Notes under the pieces: generated by a model
Told to the model about the DNA's origin: nothing
Databases searched by the model: none
What the model saw: the letters and a program-made list of their open reading frames with translations, nothing else
Made by a program: the position numbers and the translations under genes
Assembly: GCA_965198225.1 (NCBI GenBank)
Contig: CBDAOY010000009.1
Location: 928,001-992,000, forward strand
Direction of reading: 5' to 3'
Source: Terriglobia bacterium
Lineage (GTDB): Bacteria > Acidobacteriota > Terriglobia > 20CM-2-55-15
DNA: 64,000 bases
Shown: in pieces, positions 58,793 to 64,000 of the stretch
How positions within the stretch are numbered: position 1 is the first letter of the stretch
Layout: the number at the start of each line of letters is the position of its first letter

Positions 58793-59982
58793 GGCATCTG
58801 CCTCGTCGTGAAGAGTGTTGTCGAGCCGTCGCTGAAAACGATCTCGAAGGTCACGCCCGTCATGTCCACGTCGGCTGCTCCACCGCCGGTTGGAGCATCG
58901 GCGAATTCACTCAGTTCGATGTTGAGGGTACCGCCCGTTCCGATCGCGTTGATGCTGATTTCAGGCACCTGGAATGCCAGCGACGAGACCACAAGATGCT
59001 GAGGCTCCTGGATGACGTTGGTCCCGGCGACCAGTTCGGCGGGAAACGTGATGACATCGCCCGAGCCGGCCCTTGGGCTCGTCGAGTTGAACACGAGTGA
59101 GTCGTTGATCCGGACCTGCTCATAGTAAGCCGGCGGACTCGAAGAGTATGTCAACGTGAACGAAGTGACCGTCGTGGAGTCTTTGCCTAGATTCTCGATC
59201 ACGAACTCGACATCGCTGAACTGGACAGTCGTCGTGAATGCCGTGTCCTGCTGGTAGCTGAGCTTGGGATTGACCTCGATCACCCGTTCCCCGTGAGGAA
59301 TGAGACCGAACGAGTAGAAACCATCCGCATCGGTTGCCGTCGTGGTGGTGATGATGCTGCCGGCGTCCGGGTACGATATGACGACGTCGACCCCGGGTAT
59401 GGTGTTCCCGCCGGGGTCGCGGATGTATCCGAACAGGTCTGATTTCGCCTCTCCTTTGTAGATCTCGACGCTCTCGTCGTCCGCGGTGTCGGCGACGCCG
59501 TCACCTCCCAGAGAACGGATCGTCGCGACCACGGTCGAACCCGTGGATGCACTCGTCTTTTGAGTTGTGTCCAACTCCAACGGATTGCCCCAGGGGTCTT
59601 CAAGGAAATCCAGCGGATCGGTGGCGATGTAGGGACCGCGCCAGCCCGACCCGAGTTCGATGATGGACGTGACTTCGTAGGCGGGCTGAGCTCCGATGTC
59701 GATCAGATTTCCGAGAGCGGCCGGAAAGCTTCCCATGTCGCCGACGTAGCCGAAGCGACTGATGTTCCCCTCGCCCAGGCGTATAACGGAAGGCTCACCG
59801 ATCAGCGCTCGCTTGACGCGCATGACCTGTTCCCGGGTCTGCTCCGAGCGGTTTTGCTCCATGGTCAGAGGGACCATGAAGCCGAAGCTGTATGCCAGCA
59901 ATGCCAGAACCGACAGCGCAAGCGTCACCTCCGGAAGGCTGGTGCCCCGGTTGCCTCCGGACGGCTTCGTCGGTTTCCTCAT
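58789..59982 (-). CDS. Large pilin-like protein, cassette position 3
   Basis: RG|TSLPE; FGYVGDMG; WRGPY; DPWGN; DMTGVTFEIVFSDGS. Confidence 0.87.
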   Translation of the reverse strand: MRKPTKPSGGNRGTSLPEVTLALSVLALLAYSFGFMVPLTMEQNRSEQTREQVMRVKRALIGEPSVIRLGEGNISRFGYVGDMGSFPAALGNLIDIGAQPAYEVTSIIELGSGWRGPYIATDPLDFLEDPWGNPLELDTTQKTSASTGSTVVATIRSLGGDGVADTADDESVEIYKGEAKSDLFGYIRDPGGNTIPGVDVVISYPDAGSIITTTTATDADGFYSFGLIPHGERVIEVNPKLSYQQDTAFTTTVQFSDVEFVIENLGKDSTTVTSFTLTYSSSPPAYYEQVRINDSLVFNSTSPRAGSGDVITFPAELVAGTNVIQEPQHLVVSSLAFQVPEISINAIGTGGTLNIELSEFADAPTGGGAADVDMTGVTFEIVFSDGSTTLFTTRQMP

Positions 59983-60345
59983 GGCGTGGGATCCGTCGGC
60001 GTCGCGACGACCACCGACCCGTCACTGAACGTGAGCTCGAAGATCACGCCGGTCATGTCAACCGCGTTGCCGTTGCCGGTTGCCGTGTCTTCGAAGTTCT
60101 GCATCTCGATCGTCAACGAGCTGCCCCGGCCGATGTCGCCGATCACGATATCGTTGACGTCGGTAATCGACGACTGGATGCGGATCGGGAGCGATTCGGC
60201 GACCGCGCCGGTGCCGTCGATGGTTTCGGCCGCAAAGTTTGATGTGTCTCCGGTCGCAAACCGCGGGTTGCTGGAGTTGAAGACCGTCGTGTTGCCGATC
60301 CGGAGCCTTTCGAAGTAGGCCGGCGGCTGGATGTCGAAATCGATG
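59979..60345 (-). pseudogene. 3' remnant of a large pilin-like gene, cassette position 2
   Basis: IDFDIQPPAYFERLRI..SSNPR..DMTGVIFELTFSDGS matches the C-terminal part of 52371..53572. Confidence 0.82.
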
Positions 60346-61795
60346 GTCACCGGCGACACCGTCAACCAGACTTCCCGCATGGCCGGTGTCGGCAAACCGG
60401 ATCAGATCATCATCTCCCGTTCCATGATCGACGTTCTCAGCGAGAACGACAAGTTCATCTGTCGGTTTGTCGGGAAGGCTGATTTTCACGGCAAGACGGG
60501 CACCGTGGAGCTGTTCGAAATCCTCACCGAGAAGCCGGAACTCAAGGAGAAGCAGAAATCAAGGATTGTCTCCGAAAGCGTTCTCGCGGCAGAGGCGGAG
60601 ACGCCAAAGGGTCGGTTGATCGGCGATAAGTACTTCATCGAGAAGCTGATCGGTGAGGGCGCTTACGGTAAGGTTTTCAAGGCCCGCCATGCCGAGTCCA
60701 AGGACATCGTCGCGATCAAGATGCTTCCCGAAGACGCTTACTCGTTCTACAGCCGAGAGGCGCAAGTATTGCGCCAGTTGCAACCTTGCCCCTACATCAT
60801 GAGCATCATCGATGCGTTCGTCGACCAGGAGGGCCTCTGTATCGTCATGCCCTACATCGAGCACGGCAGCCTGCAGACCTACATGAACAAGCTGCACGGC
60901 GATCCACTCGAACCGGGACAGACGATTTCGCTCATGGAAGAGCTCCTGCTCGGCATCTCCCACGCCCATTCGCGGGACGTCATCCACCGGGACGTGAAAC
61001 CCCAGAACATCCTGCTGGGGAACGGAACAGATGGGATCCTGACCGATTTTGGTGTGGCCTATGCCATGGAATCCACCGGGCGAACGACGACGATGACAGC
61101 GGGAACTTCCGGGTATATCGCTCCCGAGGTCACCTCGGGAAGGTTCGACAGCTCGATCGACGTTTACTCCGCCGGCGTCGTCCTCTACAAGATGCTCGGC
61201 GGTGAGTTCCCGGTCGATATGCAGACCCTGCCTCCCTACACCCATCCGGATTTCGTCAAGATCATCGGCCGGTCCATCGCCGATCGCTCCAGGCGCTATT
61301 CGAAACCCGAAGATATGCTGGAGGATCTTCGCTCCATGGGCTCGAAGGTGCTCGGCTCGACGATTCAGTTCCATCGCGCAGTCCGGCGAAGAGCGGGTGC
61401 TGGTGGCCAGTGGGGACTCCAGCTGGGCCGTCCTGGAACCGGCACTGGCCGAGCGCAAGCTGAGCACCATGCGCTGCGGCCTCGACGACCTGCTCAAGCA
61501 GATACACTGGCACATTCCCGCCGTAACGGTTCTCGACTTCACGCTGCTCGCCATGTCGATGTCCAGCGTTCCCGACCAGGTTCACGCGTGCAGTGCGCTC
61601 GGCACGAAGGTCGTCGTCATCAACTGTGGGTCCATCGACGAGGCTTGGGGAATGCTCAAGGCCGGGGCCTCGGATTGTACGCCGTCGCTCGAGGCTCCGC
61701 AGGCGATCGAGGCGTTGACAATGTCCGTTGATACGCTCATCACACAGATACAGCTGGGTGGCGGAAAGTCCTGGTGGAAAAGGATTATCAGCTAG
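60346..61795 (+). pseudogene. 5'-truncated adenylate/guanylate cyclase - Ser/Thr kinase - receiver-like multidomain gene, frameshifted near 61370
   Basis: GDTVNQTSR cyclase motif; kinase motifs GEGAYG, VAIK, HRDVKPQN, DFG, APE; REC-like tail in ORF 61202..61795. Confidence 0.8.
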
Positions 61796-61901
61796 CCTTG
61801 CCATAGCGAACCCCAACAGCCAGGTGCGTCTGAAGCGAGTTGCGTCGGACGGTCGTCCGATCGTGGAAGTCCCGGGGAAGGGAGGATCGAGGGCGGAAAG
61901 A

Positions 61902-61932
61902 GCCGGCCTCGATCCGACGATCGACGGCCGGC
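61902..61932 (-). terminator. Hairpin downstream of pilin 61945..62529
   Basis: GCCGGCC-TCGATC..GATCGA-C-GGCCGGC with a short T tract. Confidence 0.55.
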
Positions 61933-61944
61933 CCATTCTGAAGT

Positions 61945-62529
61945 TTACTGGATTCGAGTCACGATGTCGTCGCCGCCAACCGTGACAGACGCGCTTGTTG
62001 CCTGGGTGCGGTCTGTTTCCAGCGTGCTGTTCGGTCCAGCCGATATGACGTAGGCGTGATCCGACCGAGTGTTCTTGAGCGCGTGTGCAGTCACGAGGTA
62101 CGCATTGTTCCAGGGGTCGGACGCGATGTTCATATAAGGGCCCCGGTAGGCGACCCGGCCACCGCGCGCGCTTGTCGGGAGGGAGAGCTTGTTCGTATTC
62201 AGATATTCGTCCAGTCCGATCGTCGTCAGCGCGGAAAGGGTCCAGTCCACCCCTCCGGCATCGGCGACAAGGGTTCCGTCTCCAAACAGCACGTCACCCG
62301 CTGCGGTGTCCGCATTGGCGTTGGCGATGTTGGAAAAGATCGGAAACCTGGCCGTATCTCGTTTGTAGGCCAGAAGCGACGTCCTTATCGCGCGAGCATC
62401 CGCCGCGGCTCGCGTGACCCGCGCCTGGTCGATGTAGCCGACCACGAGCGGGGTCATGATAGCTGCAAGGATCGCGATCACCCCCAATACGACCGCCAGT
62501 TCGATGAGTGTAAAGCCCTTGGATTTCAT
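61945..62529 (-). CDS. Major-type GspG/type IV pilin-like protein
   Basis: MKSKG|FTLIELAVVLG; YRGPY; DPWNN; GGDDIVTRIQ. Confidence 0.9.
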   Translation of the reverse strand: MKSKGFTLIELAVVLGVIAILAAIMTPLVVGYIDQARVTRAAADARAIRTSLLAYKRDTARFPIFSNIANANADTAAGDVLFGDGTLVADAGGVDWTLSALTTIGLDEYLNTNKLSLPTSARGGRVAYRGPYMNIASDPWNNAYLVTAHALKNTRSDHAYVISAGPNSTLETDRTQATSASVTVGGDDIVTRIQ

Positions 62530-62624
62530 TGATTCATCCTCGTCCGGGTTCGTCGCGTTCCACACACTCGGAGAAAACGGTAGTTCCGGTCGCGACACCG
62601 TGTCGCGACCGGAACACCAGCCGC

Positions 62625-63206
62625 TTAATTGATCCGGACGACGATGTCGTCGTTAGCCACGGTGACCGTCGTCGTGGTCTGATCCCGAGTCGTGTCCAGG
62701 GTGCCATCCGCGCCGGCCGAGATGACGTAGGTGATGTTCGTGTCACTGTCAACGTTCGACGCGTTGACCAGAAACGCATTGCCCCACGGATCGTCGCCAA
62801 CGGTGTCCAGGTAAGGACCGCGGTATGCAATCCGGCCTCCACGGAAATTACCACTCGTGTTCAGACTGAGTTTGTTGGTGTTGATGAATTCAATGATGCT
62901 GGCAGACGCGCTCGTCGTCGTCGTCCAGCCGTTGCCCGTCGACGGGATATTAAGGGAGCTCCTGAAATCGACCTCGTCTTCAGTGCCGGCCCGCGCAAGG
63001 GTGAGGGTTTCGTAGACCGGATAAAAGCTCGTATCCCGCTTGTGCAACTGGTATGCCGTTGCGATAGCCCTGGCGTCGGTGGCGGCCCGGGTTACCCGCG
63101 CCTGGTCGATGTAGCTGGTCACCAGGGGTGTGAGCATCGCGGCCAGGACCGCTATTACGGCCAGAGTGACCGCCATTTCGATAAGAGTGAAACCTTTGGC
63201 TTTCAT
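62625..63206 (-). CDS. Major-type GspG/type IV pilin-like protein
   Basis: MKAKG|FTLIEMAVTLA; YRGPY; DPWGN; NDDIVVRIN. Confidence 0.9.
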   Translation of the reverse strand: MKAKGFTLIEMAVTLAVIAVLAAMLTPLVTSYIDQARVTRAATDARAIATAYQLHKRDTSFYPVYETLTLARAGTEDEVDFRSSLNIPSTGNGWTTTTSASASIIEFINTNKLSLNTSGNFRGGRIAYRGPYLDTVGDDPWGNAFLVNASNVDSDTNITYVISAGADGTLDTTRDQTTTTVTVANDDIVVRIN

Positions 63207-63271
63207 TGTCGTTCTCCCTTTACTTGTGAGTTGTAAATCTGTTCGTGAAATCATGTCCGATAGCTCGTAAA

Positions 63272-63955
63272 TTATTGAATCCTATATATGATATCGTCGC
63301 CGACGGCAGAGAACGAATCGTTCAACTGGTCGAAGCGTGTCTCGATCGTCCGGTTCGCTCCGGCCGAGAGTACTACGACCGCGACCCGGCCGCCTGTGGG
63401 TATTCCCAGGCTCTGCCGGACCAGATCGACACCCTGAGGAGTGAGAAACTGGACGTTGACCAGGTAGCGGTCTCCCCAGGGATCCTTGGACAGATTGCTC
63501 AGGTACGGCCCGTTCCAGCCCTTCTGCCGGTTGAACGAAATCTCTCCGACACGACGGTAACTCGGTCCGTTCTCGTCGGGTTCGTTCTCGATCAGGTGGT
63601 TCTCAAGCAAGTCGATTTCGTCGTCATCGGTCGGCCAGGAATTCGTATTGTCCGCGGCATCGTCGCCGTCTGATTCCAGGACGTGGAAAATGTCGTCGTT
63701 CTTGGAGGTTGCGAGTCCCGATTTGTAAGCGGGCGGGAATCCGGTGTCCTGCATGAAGTTGAGAGCGGCCCCGGCGATCAATTCCAGATCGGCAACAGCC
63801 CGGGCCCGTCTCGCGTCCTCCATGTTTCCGAGAAGTCTACCTGCGCCGGCGCTGGCGATAATGGCCACCACGGCGATGACCACCACAGTCTCCACCAGTG
63901 AGGTGGCAGTGCCGCGATTGTCATGGAATGTGTTTCGTAACTTCATCGGTTTCAT
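63272..63955 (-). CDS. GspG/type IV pilin-like protein with an atypical leader
   Basis: RGTATSLVE; WNGPY; DPWGDRY; GDDIIYRIQ. Paralog of 48430..49197. Confidence 0.87.
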   Translation of the reverse strand: MKPMKLRNTFHDNRGTATSLVETVVVIAVVAIIASAGAGRLLGNMEDARRARAVADLELIAGAALNFMQDTGFPPAYKSGLATSKNDDIFHVLESDGDDAADNTNSWPTDDDEIDLLENHLIENEPDENGPSYRRVGEISFNRQKGWNGPYLSNLSKDPWGDRYLVNVQFLTPQGVDLVRQSLGIPTGGRVAVVVLSAGANRTIETRFDQLNDSFSAVGDDIIYRIQ

Positions 63956-64000
63956 GCCTCGCCGCCTTTGAAGCAATTGGTGTACCAACTTTAACGTGTT

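Noticed and set aside
48430-63955. Diversity-generating retroelement or shufflon acting on the pilins
   Set aside because: I saw no RT or recombinase gene, no TR/VR pair with adenine-specific differences and no inverted cassettes; the paralogs are diverged throughout.

Overview
A GC-rich bacterial window whose gene content points to Acidobacteriota (inference from the ADOP permeases with PadR, an Oar-like TonB receptor and a DUF1592/DUF1552/ankyrin cluster). The left part holds a lipid module (patatin, FAAL, cNMP-patatin, ACP-acyltransferase), transport and housekeeping genes (thyX, tRNA-Lys, polX, queG, hom), an IS630 element, a MITE and several dispersed palindromic repeat families. The right 16 kb (48.4-64 kb) is the most unusual part. 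It carries an array of about 15 GspG/type IV pilin-like genes or gene remnants, including two parallel cassettes of about 400-aa 'giant pilins' with extra beta-rich domains. The array has a sigma54-type promoter and a duplicated structured 5' leader, and is flanked by PilZ, TMTC-like glycosyltransferase and cyclase/kinase/REC genes. Inside it, on the opposite strand, sits a nest of three group II intron RNAs: a complete ORF-less intron and the 5' end of another, both inserted in an outer, truncated intron. Many genes carry frameshifts or deletion junctions, which could be real decay or assembly error. All family calls come from motif recognition by eye; no database searches were run.
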